This document shows, one piece after another, positions 18,228 through 27,152 of a stretch of DNA of 46,042 nucleotides (its first letter is position 1; each line of letters starts with the position of its first letter). This stretch comes from an uncultured Candidatus Saccharibacteria bacterium (GTDB lineage: Bacteria > Patescibacteriota > Saccharimonadia > Saccharimonadales > CAIOMD01): the NCBI GenBank assembly GCA_903859365.1, contig CAIOMD010000003.1, positions 1-46,042 of the forward strand, read 5' to 3'. Under the pieces are notes generated by a model. That model saw only the letters and a list, made by a program, of their open reading frames with translations, ran no database searches and was not told the origin of the DNA. The position numbers were made by a program, and so were the translations under genes.

Positions 18228-20060
18228 ATGAATGAAGAGCTTTATTCGATTAGACACAGCTTGGCGCATATTATGGCCGATGCTATTCAGCGTAAATGGC
18301 CTGAGGCTAAATTTGGTGTTGGACCAGTGATATCGGATGGTTTTTATTACGATGTTGATCTCGGTGGCGATAATGTTATTTCTACCGACAATTTTGCCGC
18401 TATAGAAAAGGAGATGCGTAAAATCATTGCTGGCAATGAGCCATTTGTTAAATCTGAAAAGACTATTCACGAGGCTATAGATTGGGCTATTACTGCCAAG
18501 CAACCCTACAAAGAGGAGCTGCTTAACGATCTACAGAGGTCAGGCACTACAGAACTTAGAAATCTTGATATTGATGAGCTTGGTCTTGCCGCAATAACAT
18601 CCAAAGTAGATAAAGTTACTTTTTATACGAATGATACTTTTGAGGATCTGTGCAGGGGACCTCATGTTGAAAAAACAGGTGATGTCGGCGCTTTTAAACT
18701 TACTAAAGTAGCTGGGGCGTATTGGAGGGGGCAAGTAGACAAGCCGCAAATGCAACGAATTTACGGGATAGCTTTTGCTAAACAAAGTGAACTTGATGAG
18801 TATCTTGCTATGCTTGAGAACGCAAAGCGAAGAGACCATAGAAAAATAGGGCAAGAGCTTGATCTGTTTGTTTTTTCTGATCTCGTAGGACAGGGCCTAC
18901 CTCTCTTTACTCCAAGAGGGACTTTTCTTAGAGAAGAACTATTGAAATTTTCAAATGAACTACGACTTTCAAATGGATTTGAGAAAGTTTGGATTCCTCA
19001 TATGACTAAAAATGACCTATATAAGAAGAGCGGTCACTGGGATAAATTTGGTGAGGAGTTATTTTTAGTAAAAAGTCAGGAAACTTCTGACGAATTAGTC
19101 TTGAAGCCCATGAATTGCCCTCATCACACGCAGATATATGCCTCACGCCAGAGAAGCTATAGGGATCTACCAATTAGATATTTAGAATCTACTACTGTAT
19201 ATAGAGATGAAAAAAGCGGTGAACTGGGTGGTCTTTCTCGAGTTAGATCAATTACGCAAGACGATAGCCACGTTTTTTGTATGCCCAATCAAATCGAAGC
19301 CGAGATTGGTCAGCTGCTATCTTCAGCAAAAACACTTTATGAAACAGTTGGCATGAAACTTAGAGTGCGGCTTTCTTATAGAGATGATGGTGATGGCTAT
19401 CTTGGAACTAAGGCAAAGTGGGATAATGCACAGAAACAGCTAAAAGATGCAGTGTCGACCAATAAGCTCGATTTTTTTGAGGTCGAAGGCGAAGCTGCCT
19501 TTTACGGCCCAAAAATTGATTTTATGGCTACAGATGCCATCGGCCGCGAACATCAAGTCGCCACAGTACAATTAGATTTCGTTCAACCTGAACGTTTTTC
19601 GCTAGAGTTCACCAATAAAGAGGGCGCTATGGAAACTCCTATCATGATTCATAGCGCACTGCTGGGTTCTGTGGAGCGTTTCCTGAGTGTGTTTATTGAA
19701 CATACTGAAGGTAGATTCCCAGTATGGTTGGCACCAGAGCAGATCAGACTTATCACAGTTAATCAGACCGAAGAACTAGTGCAGTATACGGAATCACTTT
19801 ACGAGAAAGCGAAAAATCTTGGACTTCGTGTCACTACGGATAATACTAATGAATCAGTGGGCAAGAAAATTAGAAATGCTGAAAAAATGAAGATTCCATA
19901 TGTTTGTGTGATTGGCGAGCAAGAACTTAGGTCAGAGCAGACTACGCCCCGCGTGAGGGCGGACATGGGCGACCAACCGGCAGATAAGATTGATATAAGC
20001 TCATTCATGGACACCGTTCTCAAAGAGATGCATTCTAGAGCCCCAAAAACAACACTTTAA
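18228..20060 (+). CDS. thrS: Threonyl-tRNA synthetase
   Basis: RHSLAH, DLCRGPH, RDHRKIG, KPMNCPHH and GEAAFYGPKID; lacks the N-terminal TGS domain. Confidence 0.97.
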   Translation: MNEELYSIRHSLAHIMADAIQRKWPEAKFGVGPVISDGFYYDVDLGGDNVISTDNFAAIEKEMRKIIAGNEPFVKSEKTIHEAIDWAITAKQPYKEELLNDLQRSGTTELRNLDIDELGLAAITSKVDKVTFYTNDTFEDLCRGPHVEKTGDVGAFKLTKVAGAYWRGQVDKPQMQRIYGIAFAKQSELDEYLAMLENAKRRDHRKIGQELDLFVFSDLVGQGLPLFTPRGTFLREELLKFSNELRLSNGFEKVWIPHMTKNDLYKKSGHWDKFGEELFLVKSQETSDELVLKPMNCPHHTQIYASRQRSYRDLPIRYLESTTVYRDEKSGELGGLSRVRSITQDDSHVFCMPNQIEAEIGQLLSSAKTLYETVGMKLRVRLSYRDDGDGYLGTKAKWDNAQKQLKDAVSTNKLDFFEVEGEAAFYGPKIDFMATDAIGREHQVATVQLDFVQPERFSLEFTNKEGAMETPIMIHSALLGSVERFLSVFIEHTEGRFPVWLAPEQIRLITVNQTEELVQYTESLYEKAKNLGLRVTTDNTNESVGKKIRNAEKMKIPYVCVIGEQELRSEQTTPRVRADMGDQPADKIDISSFMDTVLKEMHSRAPKTTL

Positions 20061-20070
20061 GTTTGAGTGT

Positions 20071-20946
20071 ATGACTGAATCGGAGAAAATAGAGCAGATT
20101 TATATTATTGGGCCTACTGCTAGTGGTAAAACTGATCTTGCTATCAGAGTTGCACAACAATGTGATGGGGAAATAATCGCTGCAGATTCTCGTACCGTCT
20201 TTAAGGGATTAGATATTGGTACTGCAAAGCCCACGAAGTCAGAACAGGCACTCATTCAGCATTGGGGAATTGATATCGTAGGCCCAGGTGATGAATTTAG
20301 CGCTGCCAAATTTAAACATTACGCTAAAACCAAAATATCAGAAATAAAAAAAAGAAGAAAAATGCCAATTATAGTAGGCGGGTCAGGGCTGTATATAGAC
20401 TCACTACTTTATGATTATACGTTTTCTACTCCTGATAAGAATAAACGTGATGCACTGCAGGGTATGTCAATCACGGAACTTCAGCAAATGATACGAGATA
20501 AAAAATTAACTATGCCTGAAAATAATACCAACAAGCGTTATTTAATAAATACGCTTGAAAGGGCTGGTCAGGAAATTACCAAAAGAGAAATACCGAGTTC
20601 ATATCTCATAATCGGTCTCAATCCTGCACGGGAGCTTTTGAAAGAGAGAATTACTAAGCGTGCGCACCTGATGATAAAAGATGGCGTAATCGATGAAATT
20701 GAATGGGCATATGATAATTACGATTACAATTCTGAAGCCCTTAAAGGTGGGATCTATAAAGTGTTTAGAGGATTTATTCAAAATGAATTGAGTAAGGATA
20801 ACGCACTCAACTTATTCATAGAAAGTGACATGAAGCTCGTCAAGAAACAACTTACCTGGTTTAAGAGAAATAAGAGCATAAAATGGTTTAATAACTCCAG
20901 CGATGCCTTGGAATTTATTCAAAAAAAAGTATCAAAAAATTGTTAA
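20071..20946 (+). CDS. miaA: tRNA dimethylallyltransferase
   Basis: GPTASGKT, DIGTAKP, VGGSGLY and KKQLTWF. Confidence 0.95.
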   Translation: MTESEKIEQIYIIGPTASGKTDLAIRVAQQCDGEIIAADSRTVFKGLDIGTAKPTKSEQALIQHWGIDIVGPGDEFSAAKFKHYAKTKISEIKKRRKMPIIVGGSGLYIDSLLYDYTFSTPDKNKRDALQGMSITELQQMIRDKKLTMPENNTNKRYLINTLERAGQEITKREIPSSYLIIGLNPARELLKERITKRAHLMIKDGVIDEIEWAYDNYDYNSEALKGGIYKVFRGFIQNELSKDNALNLFIESDMKLVKKQLTWFKRNKSIKWFNNSSDALEFIQKKVSKNC

Positions 20947-21001
20947 CAAAAATAAGTATTCAAACCTGTTATATTAGTAAAATAGTTGATACAATGAATA
21001 T

Positions 21002-21652
21002 ATGATAGAACAACTGTTTGGGTCAAAAACTCGTGTAAAATTACTGCAACTTTTCTGCCAAAACCCGAACAGATCTTTTTATGTGAGAGAAATTACCAGA
21101 AAAATTGACGAACAGATTAATTCTGTACGAAGAGAGCTTGCTAACCTTTTAAGTATCGGCATCATAACTTCTGATAATAATAACAATCGCCTCTATTACG
21201 AAGTGAATCAGTCTTTTGAGCATTTTAAAGCACTTGAGAGTATCTTTGGCAATAAAAAAGGATTTAAGCAAACGTCCAAGAAGGCAACGGTAAAGAAAAC
21301 TGAAGATGCCGTCGAAGCACCATCCGAAGAGGTAGCTGAAGCTTTGGAGGTTACCGATCCTTTCCTTGCTGAGCTAATTAAGACAGGTAATGTGAGAATG
21401 GCTCTTTATACGGGCCAATTCACTAGAGATGACTCTGTAGAGGTAGATTTAGTAATTGTCGGTGATCTTAATCATTCTGCGGTAGATAATCTGGTAGCAG
21501 ATCTCGAAAAATCAGAGAAAAAGTCTATACGATATAGCATTTTTGACTCAACTGAGTTTAGCTACAGAAGACAGGTGAATGATAGATTTGTATCTAATCT
21601 GCTTACATCTAAAAAAGTAATATTAATTGATAAAGATAAACTATTGAAGTAG
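21002..21652 (+). CDS. Winged-HTH regulator with a C-terminal nucleotidyltransferase-like domain
   Basis: N-terminal LFGSKTRVKLL...YVREITR...VRRELANL wHTH; C-terminal TGQFTRDD..EVDLVIVG. Confidence 0.75.
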   Translation: MIEQLFGSKTRVKLLQLFCQNPNRSFYVREITRKIDEQINSVRRELANLLSIGIITSDNNNNRLYYEVNQSFEHFKALESIFGNKKGFKQTSKKATVKKTEDAVEAPSEEVAEALEVTDPFLAELIKTGNVRMALYTGQFTRDDSVEVDLVIVGDLNHSAVDNLVADLEKSEKKSIRYSIFDSTEFSYRRQVNDRFVSNLLTSKKVILIDKDKLLK

Positions 21653-21662
21653 GGGTAGAAAT

Positions 21663-22289
21663 ATGGATTTTCAGTATTATGGTGCTAATTGCATAAAGAT
21701 ATCAAATAAAAAGGTAACAATTCTAATTGATGATGACTTGAGCGAACACGGTCTAAAATCTGTTGCATCATCTGAAGACGTTGCTATATTTACAATAAAA
21801 AAAGATTCTAAGAACCCTGCTCGCTTTAAAATTGAAGGACCTGGTGAATACGAAATTGCTGAAGTATCGGTCAAGGGCATACCAGCACGAGCACATTTAG
21901 ATGAAAATGGTACGCGAGCAACCATTTATAATATTCACTATCAAGGATTTTCGATCGGTGTTATCGGCCACATCCATCCCAATCTTACCGAAGATCAATT
22001 GGAGTCGCTCGGGCTCGTTGATGTGTTGATACTTCCTGTAGGTGGTATGGGCTATACGCTCGACGCAACTGGCGCAGCTAGTTTAGTGAGAAAAATAGAA
22101 CCTAAGATTGTTATTCCAACTCATTATGCCGAAAAAGAGGTAACCTATGAAGTTCCTCAGGCTGAATTAACAGCATTCCTGGGTGAGATGGCTGCACAAG
22201 ATGCCGAAACTCTAGATGTTTTTAAGCTAAAAGAATCAGAGCTAGGAGATAAAGCGCGCGTCATTGTCTTGAAGAGACAAAGTAAATAA
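21663..22289 (+). CDS. MBL-fold metallo-hydrolase (Lactamase_B_3-like)
   Basis: GPGEYE, VDVLILPVGG and PKIVIPTHY motifs; the HxHxDH motif appears lost. Confidence 0.8.
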   Translation: MDFQYYGANCIKISNKKVTILIDDDLSEHGLKSVASSEDVAIFTIKKDSKNPARFKIEGPGEYEIAEVSVKGIPARAHLDENGTRATIYNIHYQGFSIGVIGHIHPNLTEDQLESLGLVDVLILPVGGMGYTLDATGAASLVRKIEPKIVIPTHYAEKEVTYEVPQAELTAFLGEMAAQDAETLDVFKLKESELGDKARVIVLKRQSK

Positions 22290-22318
22290 AAAAATCCCCT
22301 CAATGAGGGGATTTTTTT
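22288..22318. terminator. Bidirectional terminator
   Basis: AAAAAAATCCCCTC-AAT-GAGGGGATTTTTTT between convergent genes. Confidence 0.85.
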
Positions 22319-22508
22319 AGGCTATAAGCCCTTTTTTTCGTAATGTTCTTATTCCGTTAGCACTAACGTGAAGTTTAACTTTTTTGCCATCAATAACAAC
22401 AGTCTTTGATTGGAGATTTGGCTTCCATACCTTTTTAGTGTGTCTTTGTGAAAAGCTAACATTGCTGCCGTACTGCTTTCCTTTACCTGTAATGTCGCAT
22501 ATATTCAT
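22317..22508 (-). CDS. rpmB: 50S ribosomal protein L28
   Basis: CDITGK...NVSFSQRHTKKVWKPNLQ. Confidence 0.95.
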   Translation of the reverse strand: MNICDITGKGKQYGSNVSFSQRHTKKVWKPNLQSKTVVIDGKKVKLHVSANGIRTLRKKGLIA

Positions 22509-22592
22509 GATATTTTCCTCTTGAGATTCAGTAGTAAATTTTACAGTTTAATATGCCAAAAGTCAAGGGGTAGGTTTGTTATACTAAATGAG

Positions 22593-23219
22593 ATGCTTAT
22601 AGATAATAAAATAGAAATTGGCGTACTGTCGTTTATCATTATTATAATTTCAGTAATACTGCATGAACTAGCTCACGGATATGTGGCAAAAAGATTAGGT
22701 GATGACACAGCCGAAACACAGGGGAGATTAACATTTAATCCTCTTGCACATATAGATCCATTCATGACAGTTCTCCTTCCGCTACTTCTTGCAATTAGTG
22801 GTCAACCCGTGTTTGGTGCGGCGAAACCAGTTCCAATCTCCAAACACAAACTTAAATGGGATGAATTCGGGATGGCGATAGTCGGTTTTGCCGGTCCACT
22901 GACAAATCTTATACTTGCCGTAATTGGAGGAGTAATATTAAAAACTAATTTTTCGACAGGGTCGCTCTGGATTACCTGGTGGTTTTACTTTATAGCTATC
23001 AACATTGGTTTTTTCGTATTTAACATTCTCCCCGTTCCTCCTCTTGATGGTTCACGCGTTCTGTATGCTTTTGCGCCTGAAAGTATTCAAGAATTTATGG
23101 ACAAACTGGAAAGATATGGAATCTTTATTGTATTAATCATCATAGTGCTTGGATATAGCTTCATTAGCCCTATTATCAACTCTTTAGACCAGTATATTTT
23201 AAGATTAATTTTAGGATAA
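22593..23219 (+). CDS. Site-2 protease (peptidase M50)
   Basis: HELAH, AGPLTN and NILPVPPLDG; start moved to ATG 22593, 7 nt after TG-T-TATACT. Confidence 0.92.
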   Translation: MLIDNKIEIGVLSFIIIIISVILHELAHGYVAKRLGDDTAETQGRLTFNPLAHIDPFMTVLLPLLLAISGQPVFGAAKPVPISKHKLKWDEFGMAIVGFAGPLTNLILAVIGGVILKTNFSTGSLWITWWFYFIAINIGFFVFNILPVPPLDGSRVLYAFAPESIQEFMDKLERYGIFIVLIIIVLGYSFISPIINSLDQYILRLILG

Positions 23220-23251
23220 ATGCAGCAGGGTAAATAGGTTATACTAAAAGA

Positions 23252-23377
23252 GACCTAACGACAAGCATTGATTTCTGAATATAAAACGTTATGGGAATCC
23301 AATATTTATCATTTCCGTGGGAATGATGTGAGGAACCCCACTTGGTTTCCGCCAGGAATCCAAACGGTCGTTAGGTC
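23252..23377 (+). ncRNA. Candidate multi-branched ncRNA upstream of tRNA-Pro
   Basis: 11-bp closing stem GACCTAACGAC/GTCGTTAGGTC starting 7 nt after TATACT; internal hairpins. Confidence 0.6.
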
Positions 23378-23382
23378 GCCTT

Positions 23383-23458
23383 CGGGGTGTAGCGCAGTTG
23401 GTAGCGCGTACGGCTGGGGGCCGTGAGGTCGCAAGTTCAAGTCTTGTCACCCCGACCA
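23383..23458 (+). tRNA. tRNA-Pro(GGG)
   Basis: CGGGGTG...TACGG-CTGGGGG-CCGTG...CACCCCG-ACCA. Confidence 0.95.
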
Positions 23459-23478
23459 ATTAAAGAAATGGACGGTAG

Positions 23479-24192
23479 ATGAATAAAATTAAATCTGTAT
23501 TGATCGACGAACAACGAATGGAGTTTCTTGTGAGCGAACAAGAAACGTTTCATCTTGGCCAAGAAGTAGTGCTAGAAGTAGAAAGCAGGGAATTTAGAGG
23601 AACTGTTCAAAGCCTTAACACATTATTCTTAAATGATTTTATCGATGCTCGACCTGCCCACGCTCAGCGAATAGCCAGAGACGTCAATATTCTGTATCCA
23701 GAGCTCGATAAAAAAGCACCAATCACACTTATTTATCTTGATATCAACGACAATAGTAAAGAGTTAAAAGCTGTAAATAATGCAACAAACTTCTCCAGAG
23801 TTAAACTTTTTACCGATGGAGGTTCCAGGGGAAATCCTGGTCCATCAGCAACTGGTTTTGCTATCCTTTCGCTTGATGACAAGGTACTTAAAGCGGGTGG
23901 AACCTACCTTGGGATTACGACAAATAATCAGGCTGAGTATAAGGCGGTACTTGAAGGCTTAGGTACTGCTTATGATATGGGCGCTGTCCAGGTTGATGTT
24001 TATATGGATAGCCTATTAGTGGTTAATCAAATGTCAGGAATTTTCAAGATTAAGAATTTGGATCTTTTAAAAATAAATGTTTCTATACACGAAGCAATAA
24101 AAAAATTCGATAAAGTATCATTTAAGCATGTTCCGAGAGCATTAAATAAACTAGCAGATGCTGAAGTCAATAGAGTACTAGATAGCCAATAG
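23479..24192 (+). CDS. rnhA: Ribonuclease HI (archaeal/actinobacterial-like) with an N-terminal extra domain
   Basis: TDGGSRGNPG, TNNQAEY, DSLLV and HVPRALNKLAD; about 105-aa N-terminal extension. Confidence 0.9.
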   Translation: MNKIKSVLIDEQRMEFLVSEQETFHLGQEVVLEVESREFRGTVQSLNTLFLNDFIDARPAHAQRIARDVNILYPELDKKAPITLIYLDINDNSKELKAVNNATNFSRVKLFTDGGSRGNPGPSATGFAILSLDDKVLKAGGTYLGITTNNQAEYKAVLEGLGTAYDMGAVQVDVYMDSLLVVNQMSGIFKIKNLDLLKINVSIHEAIKKFDKVSFKHVPRALNKLADAEVNRVLDSQ

Positions 24193-24225
24193 GCATTTGC
24201 GCACTCTTATTGATATAATAGATAG

Positions 24226-24568
24226 GCTAGATCATCGACTGGTCGCCCCGTAAGGGGAGGAAAGTCCGGGCAGTTTAGGGCAAGGCAGTTGTTAACGGCA
24301 ACCAGGAGTAATCTTAGGGAAAGTGCCACAGAAACGAAACCGCCCTGTTTACAGGGTAAGGGTGAAACGAGTGAGGTAAAAGCTCACAGTTTGTTAAGGT
24401 GACTTAACGAAGAGGTAAACCCTGCCTACTGCAAGGAGTAAGTTCTTTTCATTATTACAATGAATAGTTGCCCGCTAGAACTTACGTTTATCCGCTTGAA
24501 TCCTTTAGCAATATTGGATCTAGATAGATGGCCAGATAGAACAGAACCCGGCTTATGGATGATCTGGT
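24226..24568 (+). ncRNA. rnpB: RNase P RNA
   Basis: GAGGAAAGTCC, GAAAGTGCCACAGAAA and ACAGAACCCGGCTTA conserved regions; P1 GCTAGATCATC/GATGATCTGGT. Confidence 0.97.
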
Positions 24569-24572
24569 ATTT

Positions 24573-24603
24573 AAAAACCCCTCAGCAGAGGGGTTTTTCT
24601 TTT
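24573..24603. terminator. Bidirectional terminator (rnpB / rplT)
   Basis: AAAAACCCCTC-AGCA-GAGGGGTTTTT. Confidence 0.85.
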
Positions 24604-24620
24604 TCGTCTTAGCGCTAAAC

Positions 24621-24965
24621 TTAGCTTTTGGTAGCTTTTACGATTGAAGTAAAAGCCTTAGGTTCATTAACGGCTAATTCAGCAAGAATTTTTCTGTCTA
24701 AAGAAATATTAGCTTTCTTGAGTCCATTAATTAGAACACTATAGGTTGTGCCGTTTTCTCTTGCAGCAGCATTAATTCGGGCATTCCATAAAGCTCTAAA
24801 AGTTCTTTTATGATTTCGTCTATCTCGGTATGCATATTGCATAGCCTTGATAACACCCTGTTTACCCATTCGAACGCTTCTTCTTCGGGAATGAGTCATT
24901 CCTTTAGTAGCTTTACGTATCTTGTTGTGTTTTGCGTGTGATGTAACGCCTCTTTTAACTCGCAT
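24621..24965 (-). CDS. rplT: 50S ribosomal protein L20
   Basis: [24 protein letters not shown] and [11 protein letters not shown]. Confidence 0.97.
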   Translation of the reverse strand: MRVKRGVTSHAKHNKIRKATKGMTHSRRRSVRMGKQGVIKAMQYAYRDRRNHKRTFRALWNARINAAARENGTTYSVLINGLKKANISLDRKILAELAVNEPKAFTSIVKATKS

Positions 24966-24969
24966 CTCT

Positions 24970-25164
24970 CTATGCTCCCAACTTACGCTTGATATTACGC
25001 TTAATATGTCCGGTTATTTCGTTCAGACCTTTATAGGTTCTTTTCCTGGACATGCTTTTCTTCTCTAGAAGGTGATTGCCACCACCTCTACGAGCAAGAG
25101 CCTTTCCAGTTTTGGAAATCTTAACTCTATCTTTAGTTCCACTATGAGTTTTTAGCTTTGGCAT
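24970..25164 (-). CDS. rpmI: 50S ribosomal protein L35
   Basis: [21 protein letters not shown]; infC-rpmI-rplT order. Confidence 0.95.
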   Translation of the reverse strand: MPKLKTHSGTKDRVKISKTGKALARRGGGNHLLEKKSMSRKRTYKGLNEITGHIKRNIKRKLGA

Positions 25165-25669
25165 TCGTGCTCCTTACTACTGCGCTTAACTGTCTACCTG
25201 CAAATTGAGGTGGCTGATCTGTTACTACATTTTCACCCAGAAGATTTACTAGTTTATCCATAAGGACATAACCGAGTTCTTTGTGGGCAAGCTCTCTTCC
25301 TCTATAAATAATACTAATGCGGACCTTACTCCCATCATTGAGAAACGAAGTTACTTTCTTCAGCTTAACTGCGATATCATGATCACTAATCTTTAAGCTA
25401 AAACGCATCTGCTTAAGCTCACTAATCTTTGAGTTGCGTTTGCTTTTTTGCAGTTGCTTCGTTTTTTGATAGTTGTATTTGCCCCAGTCGACAATTTTTG
25501 CAACTGGTGGGTCTGCGTCAGGCGATATTTCAACTAAGTCAAGTTCTGCATCGCGAGCAGCCTGGAGTGCTTCTTGTTTTGAAATAACTCCAAGTTGATT
25601 GCCATGCTGATCAATGACACGTAAAACATTCGCTCTAATAGCCTCATTCAGGCGAGTGTACTTGTTAAT
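25142..25669 (-). CDS. infC: Translation initiation factor IF-3 (ATT start)
   Basis: Frame extends upstream of the listed ORF to ATT at 25669 after a GAGGAG RBS; RLNEAIRA, LDLVEISP and PPVAKIVDWGKY. Confidence 0.95.
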   Translation of the reverse strand: MNKYTRLNEAIRANVLRVIDQHGNQLGVISKQEALQAARDAELDLVEISPDADPPVAKIVDWGKYNYQKTKQLQKSKRNSKISELKQMRFSLKISDHDIAVKLKKVTSFLNDGSKVRISIIYRGRELAHKELGYVLMDKLVNLLGENVVTDQPPQFAGRQLSAVVRSTNAKAKNS

Positions 25670-25695
25670 GTAGATTTCTCCTCATTCAAGTAGAG

Positions 25696-25724
25696 ATTAT
25701 AACAGATATGCTAATAGGGGTCAA
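25696..25724 (-). promoter_or_regulatory. infC operon promoter
   Basis: TTGACC-17nt-TATAAT. Confidence 0.8.
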
Positions 25725-25815
25725 TATAAAGATCAAGAAAAAGCTTGCGTTTGGTATGGATTGAAGGGGTATAGGAAATGGTTGGAGTACTTGCTCGGGC
25801 ATCTGAGGTATTCAT

Positions 25816-25894
25816 AAAAAGAAACAACGGCCTGCGAGAAGCCGTTGTTTACATTCGATGTTTTTGTTTTTGAGCACTTTTTTTACTCAGTGCT
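25816..25894 (-). ncRNA. Candidate sRNA of about 80 nt
   Basis: Promoter TTGACA-17-TACTAT (25929-25901), 5' hairpin AGCACT/AGTGCT, terminator AAACAACGGC/GCCGTTGTTT plus U tail. Confidence 0.6.
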
Positions 25895-26530
25895 ACACCT
25901 ATAGTAGTGGTAAGCAAAAGCAGTGTCAACTACAAAAAAAATTTTGCTGTGTATAACTTTATGTTGAATTAGCCTCATGAATATTTAGCACCAATGCAAT
26001 AAAAAGGCAGAGCACTTTTTTATTGAAAAATGTGAAATAGGAGAGCCGAAAATCTAACAAAAAATACACAAATTAATTAATGAATGTGTGTTGAATGTGG
26101 AATTGAATCGTACATTGAAGGAGCGAGTAGTAAGCAAAGCTCGAAACAATTATTGACCCATTATCGTGAGCTGCAAATTCTTTATCTAAGAAATGCACTG
26201 ACTTTGTAGAAGCAGTAACAAAATAGTTTGCTTGGCTGTGGCATTTAAAAATTGATTGGGTAAAGCGCATAATTTAATTTTTTGAATAGTTCGTGCCGCA
26301 TTCAGGGCGGAGTAATTGTGAAATCGGTAAATAAATCGTGCAAAAAAATGTTCAATATAATGAGGTTCAAAAAAGATAAAACAAGTAACTTATTCAACGT
26401 ATAAATTATATAAAAAAAGCCATAGTTATAAAAAATACAACTATTTTAAAACCTCTATTACTTCTTAAAGTTGTATATATGTCATCGAATTATCATTGAC
26501 ACAATATAGTTCTTATGCTAGTCTGTATGC

Positions 26531-26742
26531 AGTAAGAAATAAAACAAAAACCTTACTAAAACGAGCTTCAAACGCCTCTGCGGGGAGTCACGGATCTCGC
26601 CCTCTCGTACTAATGAGAGAGCGGTCAGTCAGATGTTCTGGGAAATAGGTAAGCGCCATAAAATAATATATTAATGGGCGGTTTTACCTCCCAGAGCTCT
26701 AAGTTTTTATTAATTTAATTTGCCCACTCAAAGTGGGTTTTT
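26531..26742 (+). ncRNA. Candidate structured ncRNA of about 210 nt
   Basis: Promoter TTGACA-17-TAGTCT (26496-26524), several GC-rich stems, terminator CCCACT-CAA-AGTGGG-TTTTT, no ORF. Confidence 0.6.
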
Positions 26743-26765
26743 GTATTTGCTGTACAATGCTTATG

Positions 26766-27104
26766 ATGCGTTATTTATTAAGTTTTTTAGCAATCCTGTT
26801 ACTAGGTTTAGTCTTTATCTTTTCAGTGACTTCTCCAGTAAATGCCAGTCTAGCTATTTTTTTATTGGTGTTTTTCATGCTCTATTTAGTTTTTTTAGAT
26901 TTATTTATTATTATTTCTTGGATTTCAAGCGAACACAAAGATTACAAGAAACTACTTTTTATTTCAGTTGTCTTGGCCTTTGCTCCAACTTTTTTTATTG
27001 GACTGTCTACTCTTTCGAATCTAAATTTGATGGATGTCGTTTTGTCTTTAGGTATCCCGGCAGCAGTTGTCTGGTACGGCCTTAGGAGCAGCTATTTTAA
27101 ATAG
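26766..27104 (+). CDS. Hypothetical 4-TM membrane protein
   Basis: Highly hydrophobic frame; ATG 7 nt after TACAAT. Confidence 0.7.
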   Translation: MRYLLSFLAILLLGLVFIFSVTSPVNASLAIFLLVFFMLYLVFLDLFIIISWISSEHKDYKKLLFISVVLAFAPTFFIGLSTLSNLNLMDVVLSLGIPAAVVWYGLRSSYFK

Positions 27105-27152
27105 CTATTTTAATGGTTCTTGTGTATTGGTATATTTGCTATAATTTAGCTA

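Noticed and set aside
26650-26680. dif-like site for the Xer recombinase
   Set aside because: Lacks the TTATGTTAAAT XerD arm; better explained as an RNA hairpin loop
26720-27085. Alternative 121-aa frame over the membrane protein
   Set aside because: It starts inside a terminator; the other frame has clean TM helices and a well-placed -10
27091-27113. Tandem repeat (A)GCTATTTTAA at the end of the membrane gene
   Set aside because: Short two-copy AT-rich duplication around a stop codon with no support for function
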